Shown here piece after piece: positions 1-8,221 of a DNA stretch of 64,000 nucleotides. Numbering within the stretch: the first letter of the stretch is position 1; each line of letters opens with the position of its first letter. The stretch spans positions 779-64,778 of IMG/VR virus record IMGVR_UViG_3300015063_000001. One strand, given 5' to 3'. Under the pieces are notes generated by a model. The model was not told the origin of the DNA. It saw nothing but the letters and a program-made list of their open reading frames with translations, and made no database searches. This DNA is from a virus. Both the position numbers and the translations under genes were made by a program.

Positions 1-144
1 CTGATAGCGGTCGGTGTCCCCGAAAGCCGCGTAAAGGGCGCATATTTCTACGTCGCCCTGAATCGACTGCACGAGCATAACCGAATCACGATGTACGACG
101 ATGGAACCGTGGGAAAAGTTTTAGAGGCGTCTTCTGACGCCTAA
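1..144 (+). CDS. 3' end of a hypothetical protein, truncated by the window edge
   Basis: Frame 1 is open from base 1 to TAA at 142-144 (LIAVGVPESRVKGAYFY...LEASSDA*). Confidence 0.45.
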   Translation: MIAVGVPESRVKGAYFYVALNRLHEHNRITMYDDGTVGKVLEASSDA

Positions 145-394
145 ACGAAAAACCGGGGCCACTTTGGACCCCGGCGTTCTCGAACCAAGTGTAACAGCCC
201 CCTGGCAGGGGCTCGAAAGGTAGGTGGTACATGACATAGCACCAGACCCCCGAAGGGGCCCCGGTCTCGCGCAAGCGGGGCCGGGCGCTTCCTGTCCATT
301 ACATATAACCTATTGGCCGAATTGTCAATTTCGGAGAAACGCGAGCCCGCACAAGGACTTGGGCGAGTGATAGTTTTTGGCCATTTGAATGATA

Positions 395-420
395 ATAATG
401 CTTGACCGCTCAAGTATAAT
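395..420 (+). promoter_or_regulatory. imperfect inverted repeat (possible transposase operator) overlapping a TATAAT box
   Basis: ATAATGCTTGA-ccgc-TCAAGTATAAT, ending 16 nt before the transposase ATG. Confidence 0.4.
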
Positions 421-436
421 GATGCATATTATGGCC

Positions 437-1303
437 ATGAACAAATTGGACCGCGAGACCCGCACCCAAATCCTCACCCTGCTTTGCGAGGGCATGAGCA
501 TCCGCGCCATTACGCGCACGCTTGGCGTCGGCAAAAACACGGTCGCCCGATTGCTGGTCGATGCCGGTGTTGCCTGCGCTGCTTATCAGGACAGAGTCCT
601 GCGCAACCTTCCCTGCAAACGTGTCCAGGTCGATGAGATTTGGAGCTTCGTCTATGCGAAGCAGGCGCACGTAGGCAGCGCCAAAGCCGCCCCAGGTACT
701 GCTGGCGACATCTGGACGTGGACGGCGATCTGCGCCGATACCAAGTTGTTGGCGAGCTTCTATATCGGTGATCGCGGCTATGGCTGCGCCAGTGCGTTCA
801 TTGGTGACTTGAAAGAGCGCCTCGCTAATCGCATCCAGCTAACCAGCGACGGCCACCGCTCGTATCTCGTCGCGGTCGAGGAAGCGTTCGGCGGGGATGT
901 GGACTACGCGATGCTCGCAAAAATTTACGGCAATGAGCCGCAGGGTGAAAAGCGTTACAGCCCCGCCGTCTGTCTTGGTGCCGAGAAAAAGATTATCAGT
1001 GGCAGCCCTGACCCGAAGCACATCAGCACGTCCTACGCTGAGCGCGCGAACCTAACCATGCGGATGCACATGCGCCGCTTCACGCGACTAACAAATGCAT
1101 TCTCTAAGAGACTGGAGAACCACGTTTGCGCCATCGCGCTCCATGCCATGTTCTACAATTTTGTTCGCATTCATCAGACGTTGAAAATCACTCCGGCAAT
1201 GGCTGCTGGCGTAACTAAGCGACTTTGGGAAATGTCCGATGTGGTCGATATGATCGACGCTTGGGAATTTCGACAGGAGCGCCAAAGGCGTATTGCCGCT
1301 TAA
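437..1303 (+). CDS. IS1-family DDE transposase, single ORF
   Basis: N-terminal HTH (LLCEGMSIRAITRTLGVGKNTV). Catalytic-type motifs VQVDEIWSFV, LTSDGHRSY and TSYAERANLTMRMHMRRFTRLTNAFSK. Start chosen at MNKL. Confidence 0.85.
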   Translation: MNKLDRETRTQILTLLCEGMSIRAITRTLGVGKNTVARLLVDAGVACAAYQDRVLRNLPCKRVQVDEIWSFVYAKQAHVGSAKAAPGTAGDIWTWTAICADTKLLASFYIGDRGYGCASAFIGDLKERLANRIQLTSDGHRSYLVAVEEAFGGDVDYAMLAKIYGNEPQGEKRYSPAVCLGAEKKIISGSPDPKHISTSYAERANLTMRMHMRRFTRLTNAFSKRLENHVCAIALHAMFYNFVRIHQTLKITPAMAAGVTKRLWEMSDVVDMIDAWEFRQERQRRIAA

Positions 1304-1328
1304 CATCAATAATTACGATACTTTCTGG

Positions 1329-2048
1329 CTATGAGAGGTCTATAGGATGAAAATAGACGCCTTTGAGGTAGCCGAATGGCTCCATGAAAACTTCGACCGT
1401 GCCTTTCTGTGTCAAATCAAACTGTTCTTCTCCTGGAAGCCCATATTTAATTTTTATATCCATTTTCCCGTCAAGATCATCACAAACAGAGTTTTTCATA
1501 TCTATTCTGCCGTCATGAACCCACATTGTCGTATGTGGGTGAATTATCGTTGGCGGCCTTGGATATTTCACGCGCGGCGGCTCGACACCTTCAATCTCGG
1601 TTTGAGCGTCTTCGACAATTATTGAGATCGGAAAACTAGCCCGATTCAATATTTCAATTCCAAGTTGGCCGTGAACAAAATGGCGAAACGCAGGAACGGC
1701 TGGCGTGCCTCTTTTTGGGGTGGCGCGCTCTTGGTGGCGGTTTGGCGGCGTGATTGGAACCAGGTCATAGTTGAATAGTGTTTTGGTTATTTGAAGCTTG
1801 TTGAGCGGGTTTTTACGTTCGAGATACATGCTGGCGGTCAACATTCCGGCTGACACAGCCATAAAAGTTAATGCTGTAGCCATGACAATCCACATCAGCG
1901 GCACACCGCCCAGCCATCCTGAGAGGGCCGTAGTCACGGTTGCAACCGTGGGCCAGAACAGCGTGCGGAAAAACTCCGCCTGAATGATCGTATGGATTGT
2001 TTCGATATGGCCGATCCATTCGAGGACTTTTTGTACCCGCTTGAGCAT
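1329..2048 (-). CDS. hypothetical membrane-anchored protein, probable IS passenger gene
   Basis: 239-aa ORF with two hydrophobic segments near the N-terminus. AT-richer than the phage backbone and convergent with the transposase. Confidence 0.65.
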   Translation of the reverse strand: MLKRVQKVLEWIGHIETIHTIIQAEFFRTLFWPTVATVTTALSGWLGGVPLMWIVMATALTFMAVSAGMLTASMYLERKNPLNKLQITKTLFNYDLVPITPPNRHQERATPKRGTPAVPAFRHFVHGQLGIEILNRASFPISIIVEDAQTEIEGVEPPRVKYPRPPTIIHPHTTMWVHDGRIDMKNSVCDDLDGKMDIKIKYGLPGEEQFDLTQKGTVEVFMEPFGYLKGVYFHPIDLS

Positions 2049-2181
2049 GGATGATTCTCCTCTTCCAACAGTACCTCGGAAAGAGGTTCCCGCAGAACGG
2101 GTAAAAACCGTCCTGGAAAGCCGTCGTCGCTATGTCGATCTGCCTTATTCATGCGGACCCACTACCACACTCTGCGCAGGC

Positions 2182-2211
2182 TTGACACCCCGGCTCCACC
2201 GGCAGCATAAT
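2182..2211 (+). promoter_or_regulatory. sigma70-like promoter upstream of terS
   Basis: TTGACA-N18-CATAAT, followed by the hairpin TCTGAG-ca-CTCAGA. Confidence 0.6.
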
Positions 2212-2454
2212 TCTGAGCACTCAGACTTGGGAACGCTTTAACCGCCCCCAACCAAAGAGGCCAGACATGACGCCGCGCGGAGCAAAGTCCGCACCGTAAT
2301 CCGGCAGGCACCAGAACCATCATCAATCTTGAACCCCATATTAGCGGCTCTGGCGCCCCCCGTCAGGGCCGCTCCCATTTCAAGACCAGCATTGCGAAAC
2401 CACACAAATCACGGCATATTCCAGCCCGGTTTCATCTTCGCGCCGAAGACAGAC

Positions 2455-3114
2455 ATGGCCAAACTCCGCAAGCTCACAAAAAAACAGATCAGAGACGCCG
2501 CCGATCGCGCGGAGGGAAAGGCCACGCCGCCCGACGACGCCGATGCTCCCGTCATGGGCCGCCCGTCCGAATATAACGACGCATTCGCCGAGCAAGCCCG
2601 ACAAATGTACGAACACGGTGCGACAGATGCCGAAGTAGCTGATTTCTTTAGCGTTTCCGTCAGGACAATTCAGAGATGGGCGCATAAGTACCCGCTTTTC
2701 TGTCTTTCCCTAAAAGCAGGGAAGGTTGCGGCGGATGATCGCGTCGAGCGAAGCCTGTTTCATAAGGCAAATGGCTACACCTACGAGGCGGAGGAAGTCT
2801 TCCAATATCAAGGCCAAATCGTCCGCGCGAAGGTGGTGAAGCACGTCCCGCCTGATTCCACGGCCATGATCTTCTGGCTGAAAAACCGGCGCCCTGCGGA
2901 ATGGCGCGATCGGCATGAGATCGATCACAGCGGCAAGATAACCCATGAAAATCGGCCTGCAGCGGAAGTATGGGCTGAGATCGTCGGGGAAATGACTAAG
3001 CTCGGCGTTACGGCTGAAATGCTGGCGTTGCCCGAGCCGGCGCCGCCCATGGTCGACGTCAGCCCAGGCGTTGCCAACCGGCCGAACGGCAAGGGCGATA
3101 AAACCAAGCATTAG
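2455..3114 (+). CDS. terS: terminase small subunit (HTH type)
   Basis: GRPSEY...GATDAEVADFFSVSVRTIQRW...ADDRVERSLFHKANGY...PPDSTAMIFWLKNRRP is typical of phage HTH small terminases. Start taken at ATG 2455. Confidence 0.8.
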   Translation: MAKLRKLTKKQIRDAADRAEGKATPPDDADAPVMGRPSEYNDAFAEQARQMYEHGATDAEVADFFSVSVRTIQRWAHKYPLFCLSLKAGKVAADDRVERSLFHKANGYTYEAEEVFQYQGQIVRAKVVKHVPPDSTAMIFWLKNRRPAEWRDRHEIDHSGKITHENRPAAEVWAEIVGEMTKLGVTAEMLALPEPAPPMVDVSPGVANRPNGKGDKTKH

Positions 3115-3151
3115 GGCTTGCAAATTGTCCAAAAATGTCCAGAATAGTCGA

Positions 3152-3454
3152 ATGGGACTTGGCCCCAAGGAATCTCAGCGACGGGCATTGAGGGAAGCGC
3201 GAGCGTGCCATTCACCATCAGAATCTCCCGTTGCCACAAAGGGCACGAACTCACCGTCCACGCCAACCCGATTAACGATGACGAAATCAATCTCACTTGG
3301 ATCTGCGAAGAGTGCGCGACCGCGCGGCAGACCTCTAAAGAGCCAGAAGTCCCTGAGCTACGAGGCAACAAAACCGTGGGAGGCGGAAGGGATGAGTCGC
3401 GCGACCTGGTACGCACGGAAGAAGAAACGAAGCTCCACCACGTCTATGAGCTAA
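3152..3454 (+). CDS. small basic protein with a C-terminal KPW..GMSRATWY HTH-like motif
   Basis: C-terminus RGRPLKSQKSLSYEATKPWEAEGMSRATWYARKK, paralogous to 8218-8382. Confidence 0.6.
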   Translation: MGLGPKESQRRALREARACHSPSESPVATKGTNSPSTPTRLTMTKSISLGSAKSARPRGRPLKSQKSLSYEATKPWEAEGMSRATWYARKKKRSSTTSMS

Positions 3455-3723
3455 TTGATGGAAGAAGCGACTGTGTGTTTTACGTCGGAGTAACGATGAA
3501 CCCGAACGGTCGATTTTATGATCACGGCGCGCCAAACAGTCCCAGTGCCGCGTTCCCACGGATTCAAGAGATTCGGCAGTGTGGTGCCAAATATCGCATG
3601 CAAATTGTAGCCTCTTTTAGTGACCGGAGAAGAGCCGAAGCCTACGAAGCGTTGCTTATTTCCGGAACAGTAGGCGTTGTTAATCGAGCAACACCACCAT
3701 TGCGGTCGGTTGCCGCTATTTGA
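3205..3723 (+). CDS. GIY-YIG endonuclease with N-terminal Cys/His zinc-finger-like motif
   Basis: VYELIDGRSDCVFYVGVTMNPNGRFYDH...AEAYEALLI...N; N-terminal CHKGH...CEEC. Confidence 0.65.
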   Translation: MPFTIRISRCHKGHELTVHANPINDDEINLTWICEECATARQTSKEPEVPELRGNKTVGGGRDESRDLVRTEEETKLHHVYELIDGRSDCVFYVGVTMNPNGRFYDHGAPNSPSAAFPRIQEIRQCGAKYRMQIVASFSDRRRAEAYEALLISGTVGVVNRATPPLRSVAAI

Positions 3724-3738
3724 GAAAGGACTCCACCT

Positions 3739-4053
3739 ATGTACCGACAAGGCGACGTTTTGATTATCCCCGTTGGCTCTATCCCCGAGGCTGTCGAGCC
3801 GGTCGAGCGCGAGCAAGGCCGCGTAATTCTCGCTCACGGCGAAGTCACCGGCCATGCCCACGCGATCAAGGACAAGCGCGCAGCGTTGTTCCGCGATCCA
3901 AAACTAGCGGCTATTTTCATGCTCGTCACTGGTGATGAGCCGGTTGCGCTAGAACACGACGAGCATGACACGATCAGCGTGCCGCCAGGCAATTACCGCA
4001 TTATCCGTCAGCGTGAGTATGCTCCAGAAGGCCTGCGCAATGTTGCCGACTAA
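3739..4053 (+). CDS. conserved phage protein (RQGDVL...GHxH...HDEH), usual partner of DUF6745-type genes
   Basis: SD AAGGA upstream; motifs MYRQGDVL, LAHGEVTGHAH, LEHDEHDTI.VPPGNY.I.RQREY. Confidence 0.85.
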   Translation: MYRQGDVLIIPVGSIPEAVEPVEREQGRVILAHGEVTGHAHAIKDKRAALFRDPKLAAIFMLVTGDEPVALEHDEHDTISVPPGNYRIIRQREYAPEGLRNVAD

Positions 4054-4858
4054 GCTCCCTACCGTTGAGGAATTGCAGCGCCGTCACGCGGCGGCCTGTG
4101 ATCTCAAACAGCCGGTAAATCAAGAAAAAATTAAAATTGCCTTGACCGAATGGTGCTCCCAAATTGGGGCGCCGAAGGATACGAAGATCACCTTCGTATC
4201 TTCTGGGGAGGAGATTAAAATAGCCGCCAGGGCCGCCAGGGCCACCAGGGCCGCCAGGGCCACCAGGGACGCCAGGGCCGCCTGGGCCGCCAGGGCCGCC
4301 TGGGCCACCAGGGACGCCAGGGCCGCCTGGGCCGCCTGGGCCACCAGGGACGCCAGGGCCGCCTGGGCCGCCTGGGACGCCAGGGCCGCCTGGGACGCCT
4401 CTTGGATTTCGATTACCGCCATCGGCGCGGTTTCAGTCGGCGATGAAAAGCTAGCGCGGGTCTGGCTTCCTATTCTTGAAGCCTTTGAAGCAGGCGCATT
4501 TGCCTTTTTTGTGACTGACGCTGAAATATTTGTTTCGACTATTCCTGCAAAGGTAAGCGTTGACGAACAACGCCGCCTACATTGCGCTGATGGTCCAGCA
4601 TTTGTTTGGATGAACGATGTTGTCGATCATTACTGGCACGGCGTCTACGTTCAACCTTACATCATCACGTCGCCAAACAAAATAACCGTGAAGAAGATCG
4701 ACGCAGAAAAGAATGCCGAAGTTCGCCGTGTCATGATTGATCGGTACCGACACGCCGATGAAATCAAGGGCGCTGCTGCATATATTCGTGATGCTGGCGG
4801 CAAGCGTCTCGATCACGATGAGAGGTTCGGTACGCTTTGGCATCGCGATGCGGATTGA
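4040..4858 (+). CDS. DUF6745-like protein with Ala/Trp/Arg repeat, apparently C-terminally truncated
   Basis: RLHCADGPAF.W...YWHGV.V...I..EKNAEVRRVMIDRY. Ends shortly after GTLWHRD. Confidence 0.7.
   Translation: MLPTKLPTVEELQRRHAAACDLKQPVNQEKIKIALTEWCSQIGAPKDTKITFVSSGEEIKIAARAARATRAARATRDARAAWAARAAWATRDARAAWAAWATRDARAAWAAWDARAAWDASWISITAIGAVSVGDEKLARVWLPILEAFEAGAFAFFVTDAEIFVSTIPAKVSVDEQRRLHCADGPAFVWMNDVVDHYWHGVYVQPYIITSPNKITVKKIDAEKNAEVRRVMIDRYRHADEIKGAAAYIRDAGGKRLDHDERFGTLWHRDAD
4226..4396 (+). repeat. 19 tandem 9-bp units RCCWGGGMC, in frame (A/T-R/W-A/D)
   Basis: Counted unit by unit: gccagggcc, accagggcc, accagggac, gcctgggcc, gcctgggac. Confidence 0.95.
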
Positions 4859-5081
4859 ACCATATTCGAGGGGCGGCCAAATTGGATTTGTTGTCCATGC
4901 CGAGAATGAAACAGATCGTGCGCTGCTCGGGCTCGTGACTAGCGGCGAATACCTGGAAGGTAAGGAATTTAGGCTCCACGGCTCAACCTACTCATGCGAC
5001 GTCAGCGCGACGACGAGCTTTAATTTTGGTTGGGTCGATGTCGCCCCGCGCGCGGCAATCAGAAAGGCTAAACGAAAATGA
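4848..5081 (+). CDS. hypothetical protein
   Basis: MRIEPYSRGGQIGFVVHAENETDRALL...; overlaps the upstream stop and is coupled (ATGA) to the next gene. Confidence 0.55.
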   Translation: MRIEPYSRGGQIGFVVHAENETDRALLGLVTSGEYLEGKEFRLHGSTYSCDVSATTSFNFGWVDVAPRAAIRKAKRK

Positions 5082-5293
5082 GCACCACCGACAACGGCGG
5101 CCCTGCATTCCCTGTAGGGCTAGGAACTCAGCGGGACCCACTCACGTCCAGCACCGGCCTGACGCTGCGGGACTGGTTCGCAGGTCGAGTGGTGTCTTGC
5201 ATAGCGGACGCGGTAAGTGATCCCGACGAAGTAGCACGACAGTCCTACGAGATTGCCGATTCGATGCTAGCGGAGAGGACAAGGGGCGGATAA
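5078..5293 (+). CDS. conserved phage hypothetical protein (GGPAFP...TLRDWFA family)
   Basis: Motifs DNGGPAFP, GLTLRDWFAG, VARQSYEIADSML. Confidence 0.8.
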   Translation: MSTTDNGGPAFPVGLGTQRDPLTSSTGLTLRDWFAGRVVSCIADAVSDPDEVARQSYEIADSMLAERTRGG

Positions 5294-5322
5294 CGGCGCG
5301 CTGAATTTCTTCTGCCTACCCC

Positions 5323-5351
5323 TTGCAATCAGTGCCAAATGGTGCCATCTT
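5323..5351 (+). promoter_or_regulatory. promoter/operator copy 1 (TTGCAA-N3-GTGCCA-N4-GTGCCA)
   Basis: TTGCAAtcaGTGCCAaatgGTGCCAtctt, followed by SD GAGGGG and ATG 5373. Confidence 0.7.
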
Positions 5352-5372
5352 CCTTTTGAAAGAGGGGAAGTC

Positions 5373-6323
5373 ATGGACCTGGATTTCACCAAGCAATACC
5401 TGACCAGCGCACAGTTTGATCGGCTGGCGGCCGCGGTCGCAAAGCTCGAAGCGGGGATTGCCGCCGGCGCGGTCCGGAACGTGGACCTGACCGAAGCAAA
5501 GTTCACCATCAACCGGCGGATTGAGGAAATTGTTGAGACCCGGAAAGAATACGGGTCCCGCCACGTCGGCGGGGTTTCTGCCTTGAACCCAGCGATCAAG
5601 GAGGCAAAAAACAACTTCGGCCGCCATGCACTGCTTACCTCGTTGCTGCCTTTCCGGGACCTCTTAGAAGCGGCAAAGCCGCTAGTGGTCAAGCGCGGCC
5701 AGGGGCCGAAGGTGCCGACGAAGCGCGAGCTCGAGCGCTCGGCCCACACAATGACCTGCCAGTGCTGCGAACGCCAGATCTACGCGAACACCGGAACCAT
5801 CGCGCACCACGGCTACGAGCGGCCCGGCCACGGCTGGCAGACCTCGAGTTGCTTCGGCGCCAAGCGGTTGCCCTTCGAGGTGGACCGCGCCGCCCTGGGT
5901 GAAATGATTGTCTTCCTGCGCCACAGGCTGAAAGACCAGCGGGCCCACCGCAAGGCGATCGCGGACGAAATGCAGCCGATTGTCTTCGGGTACGCGGTCC
6001 AGTTCATCGGGCCGGTGCGGTACTACAACTTTGCGGCCCCAAGCTGGAGCCGGGAAAAGTGGCCGACGGTTCAACTCTGGTTCGATGTCACGCGGGAATC
6101 ATTCGACGAATTTAAGGCCGGTGTCGGGAGCGGATCGACCTACGGCGACGACTACGAGGATTACAAGGCCAAGCACGTCGCCCACCTTGATCGCCAGATC
6201 GCGGACCTGGTCAAGCACATCGCCTACGAGCAGGGTCGCTTCGACGGGTGGAAGCAGACGCACGAACGCTGCGGCGACGAGTGGATAAATCTGGCGCCAG
6301 CTATTGCAAACGGTGCCAAATAG
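5373..6323 (+). CDS. hypothetical phage protein with Cys/His motif
   Basis: 316 aa with strong SD; TCQCCE...IAHHGYERPGHGWQTSSCFG. Confidence 0.85.
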   Translation: MDLDFTKQYLTSAQFDRLAAAVAKLEAGIAAGAVRNVDLTEAKFTINRRIEEIVETRKEYGSRHVGGVSALNPAIKEAKNNFGRHALLTSLLPFRDLLEAAKPLVVKRGQGPKVPTKRELERSAHTMTCQCCERQIYANTGTIAHHGYERPGHGWQTSSCFGAKRLPFEVDRAALGEMIVFLRHRLKDQRAHRKAIADEMQPIVFGYAVQFIGPVRYYNFAAPSWSREKWPTVQLWFDVTRESFDEFKAGVGSGSTYGDDYEDYKAKHVAHLDRQIADLVKHIAYEQGRFDGWKQTHERCGDEWINLAPAIANGAK

Positions 6324-6334
6324 TGCCATATCTT
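6304..6334 (+). promoter_or_regulatory. promoter/operator copy 2
   Basis: TTGCAAacgGTGCCAaataGTGCCAtatctt, followed by SD AAGGAG and ATG 6355. Confidence 0.7.
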
Positions 6335-6354
6335 CTTTGAAGGAGAAGCACCAC

Positions 6355-6594
6355 ATGACCTCCAAGAAGCCCAAAAACTGGCTGGTTCTGTTCCAGCCGC
6401 TCAATTCGATCACGGTCGACACAATCAAGGTGATTGATTCCTGGTCCACCACCAACGGCACGAAGGCCGGCGCGGTCGCCACTATGAAGGCGAATATGCT
6501 CGAATACGGGGCCAAATACGGGGATGGCACAGTGCGGTTGGTCCAGAACGACTACGGCTGGCGATTGGCTCAGCCGAAGGCGGTCGCGGCATGA
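6355..6594 (+). CDS. hypothetical protein
   Basis: SD AAGGAG; GC3-rich codons; ATGA coupling to the next ORF. Confidence 0.75.
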   Translation: MTSKKPKNWLVLFQPLNSITVDTIKVIDSWSTTNGTKAGAVATMKANMLEYGAKYGDGTVRLVQNDYGWRLAQPKAVAA

Positions 6595-6839
6595 ACAACC
6601 CAGCCGAAGACCTCAACGACTCGCTCGACGATCTCTTGGCCTCGCCGGTGACGACGCCGAAGACCCCGCCGGCCAGCTACAACGGCGGCCTGCCAGAAGC
6701 CAAGCCATACGAGCAGCCGTGCCCGAAATGCCGTGGCTCCGGCGTCTGGCGCCCTGCCGGCCGGTTCGGCGGGATGTCGAGCTATGGTGGCGGCGGAACC
6801 TGCTTCAAGTGCAAGGGTAGCGGCAAGCTTGTGAGGTAA
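6591..6839 (+). CDS. small protein with DnaJ-type zinc-finger pair
   Basis: CPKCRGSG and CFKCKGSG. Confidence 0.7.
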   Translation: MNNPAEDLNDSLDDLLASPVTTPKTPPASYNGGLPEAKPYEQPCPKCRGSGVWRPAGRFGGMSSYGGGGTCFKCKGSGKLVR

Positions 6840-6850
6840 TCACGCGCCGC

Positions 6851-6880
6851 TTGTCAGCGGTGCCAAACTGTGCCAGTCTT
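6851..6880 (+). promoter_or_regulatory. promoter/operator copy 3
   Basis: TTGTCAgcgGTGCCAaactGTGCCAgtctt, followed by SD AGGAGG and TTG 6897. Confidence 0.7.
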
Positions 6881-6896
6881 GGGCTAGGAGGACGCC

Positions 6897-7289
6897 TTGA
6901 TACCAACAACGCGAGCGCAGAGGCGGATTTTAGAGGCTACCAATAGGAAGCAGCCGGAAGCTCTCGCGCAGCTCCCACGGTCCGCGTGGCCCGACACTTA
7001 TCGGCCGCCAGGCATCAAAGAGGTTTGGCGTTCGCGTGGGTTTTTGGTTCAGGTATTTAATGAGCCGTCTGGAATCGAGCGGTTATCGGTGTGTCGGACC
7101 TCGGTCCAGAATGGCGAGTGGGTTTCTGAAATAACGTGGGATGAGCTTCAACGCATCAAGCGCGAATGTGGTCGCGGCGACAAGGATGCAGTCGAGCTTT
7201 ACCCGGCTGACGCTGATGTGGTGAACGTAGCAAACATGCGGCATCTTTGGATCGTTGATCCATCCGTCGTCGCATTCAAGTGGAAATAG
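6897..7289 (+). CDS. conserved phage hypothetical protein
   Basis: SD AGGAGG; motif ITWDELQRIKRECGRGDKDAVELYPADADVVNVANMRHLW seen in phage proteins. Confidence 0.8.
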   Translation: MIPTTRAQRRILEATNRKQPEALAQLPRSAWPDTYRPPGIKEVWRSRGFLVQVFNEPSGIERLSVCRTSVQNGEWVSEITWDELQRIKRECGRGDKDAVELYPADADVVNVANMRHLWIVDPSVVAFKWK

Positions 7290-7293
7290 CCCG

Positions 7294-7626
7294 ATGGTCG
7301 ATGAAAAGCTTCTAGCCAAAGTCTTCCGCGCCGCCGCAGACGGATACGACCGCTTTCCGAACGGCACGACAATGGCCCGTTCTGACGCCGCTTCAATCGT
7401 GGCCACCGCAAGAGCCTTCCGCGCTATTGCGGACGTGCTCGACCAATTTGCTAAAGCTGAAACTGAGATGCAACAAGGGAGACCACACATGAACAATCAC
7501 GACCGGCTTATCGGTGAATATTTCACCAAGCATCCTGGGGCGACGTATCGGGAGGCGTTCGTGAACACCTCCGAGGCCGCCTGGGCCGCGCATATGGACA
7601 AGCAGAAGGCCGGGCAGGGCGTATGA
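7294..7626 (+). CDS. hypothetical protein (possible internal start at MNNH)
   Basis: Open frame with an internal SD AGGGAG before MNNHDRL. Confidence 0.6.
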   Translation: MVDEKLLAKVFRAAADGYDRFPNGTTMARSDAASIVATARAFRAIADVLDQFAKAETEMQQGRPHMNNHDRLIGEYFTKHPGATYREAFVNTSEAAWAAHMDKQKAGQGV

Positions 7627-7778
7627 AAATACTTATTGCCACGGCCATTTGTTTGGCGGCTTTGCCGGCGATCGCTGCCGAGCCGCTGACGCTCAACGAT
7701 CTTCCTTCGGTGCTTTCCACCATCCAGCGATGCAAGGATGGGCGCTCGTTGATTGGGGTAGCCACCACCACATGCTAA
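7623..7778 (+). CDS. small protein with signal peptide
   Basis: MKILIATAICLAALPAIAAEPLTLNDL...TC*, 51 aa, read manually; ATGA overlap with the upstream stop. Confidence 0.55.
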   Translation: MKILIATAICLAALPAIAAEPLTLNDLPSVLSTIQRCKDGRSLIGVATTTC

Positions 7779-7982
7779 TTGGCGCACGCGAACGTGTGGG
7801 CGTCTGTCCACGGATCGCCGTTGGAAATAACGATCTTCTACGAAGTGGAAGGCCTCAAGATTTACGCCAGGGGTCAGACCGTCCAGGCCGCTGTTCGTGA
7901 TCTCGCAGCCAAGATCAATAGCGCGTCTGCCGCCGGGAAGCGCACACTCGATGCGGTCACGCCGCTGTTGCCGACTAACTAG
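7779..7982 (+). CDS. hypothetical protein
   Basis: Tightly packed ORF filling the gap between its neighbours. Confidence 0.45.
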   Translation: MAHANVWASVHGSPLEITIFYEVEGLKIYARGQTVQAAVRDLAAKINSASAAGKRTLDAVTPLLPTN

Positions 7983-7984
7983 GG

Positions 7985-8221
7985 ATGCCGATGAAAACGT
8001 ATAGCGACTCGTCCGGCCTGCATACTGGCTTTCCAGCTAGCGCTAGGCCTAGCATCCAGGACAACCATATCGACGGCCCGCTCCTGTATTTCCGCGACGG
8101 CCAACTGCACTGGCTGACATGGCGGGAGCGCGTCCAGTACGCCCTCGGCCTAACCAATGCTGAGAAGCTGGAGCGGAAGCACCGGCCGAACCTCATGCGT
8201 ATCCTTGGAACTGTCCGATGA
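7985..8221 (+). CDS. hypothetical protein
   Basis: GC3-rich codons; coupled to the next ORF. Confidence 0.65.
   Translation: MPMKTYSDSSGLHTGFPASARPSIQDNHIDGPLLYFRDGQLHWLTWRERVQYALGLTNAEKLERKHRPNLMRILGTVR

Larger units (their letters stand above)
219..2166 (+). mobile_element. candidate IS1-family element (transposase plus convergent passenger gene); ends tentative
   Basis: Contains an IS1-type transposase. GGTAGGTGGTACATGA at 219 weakly matches the reverse complement of 2148-2166 (GGTAGTGGGTCCGCATGAA). No target-site duplication seen. Confidence 0.35.

Noticed and set aside
210-2175. Target-site duplication for the IS1-like element
   Set aside because: Flanks of the proposed ends (GGCTCGAAA and ACACTCTGC) do not match.
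4226-4396. CRISPR array or DGR variable repeat
   Set aside because: Units are 9 bp, contiguous, spacer-free and in frame. No cas or reverse transcriptase gene and no separate template copy in the window.
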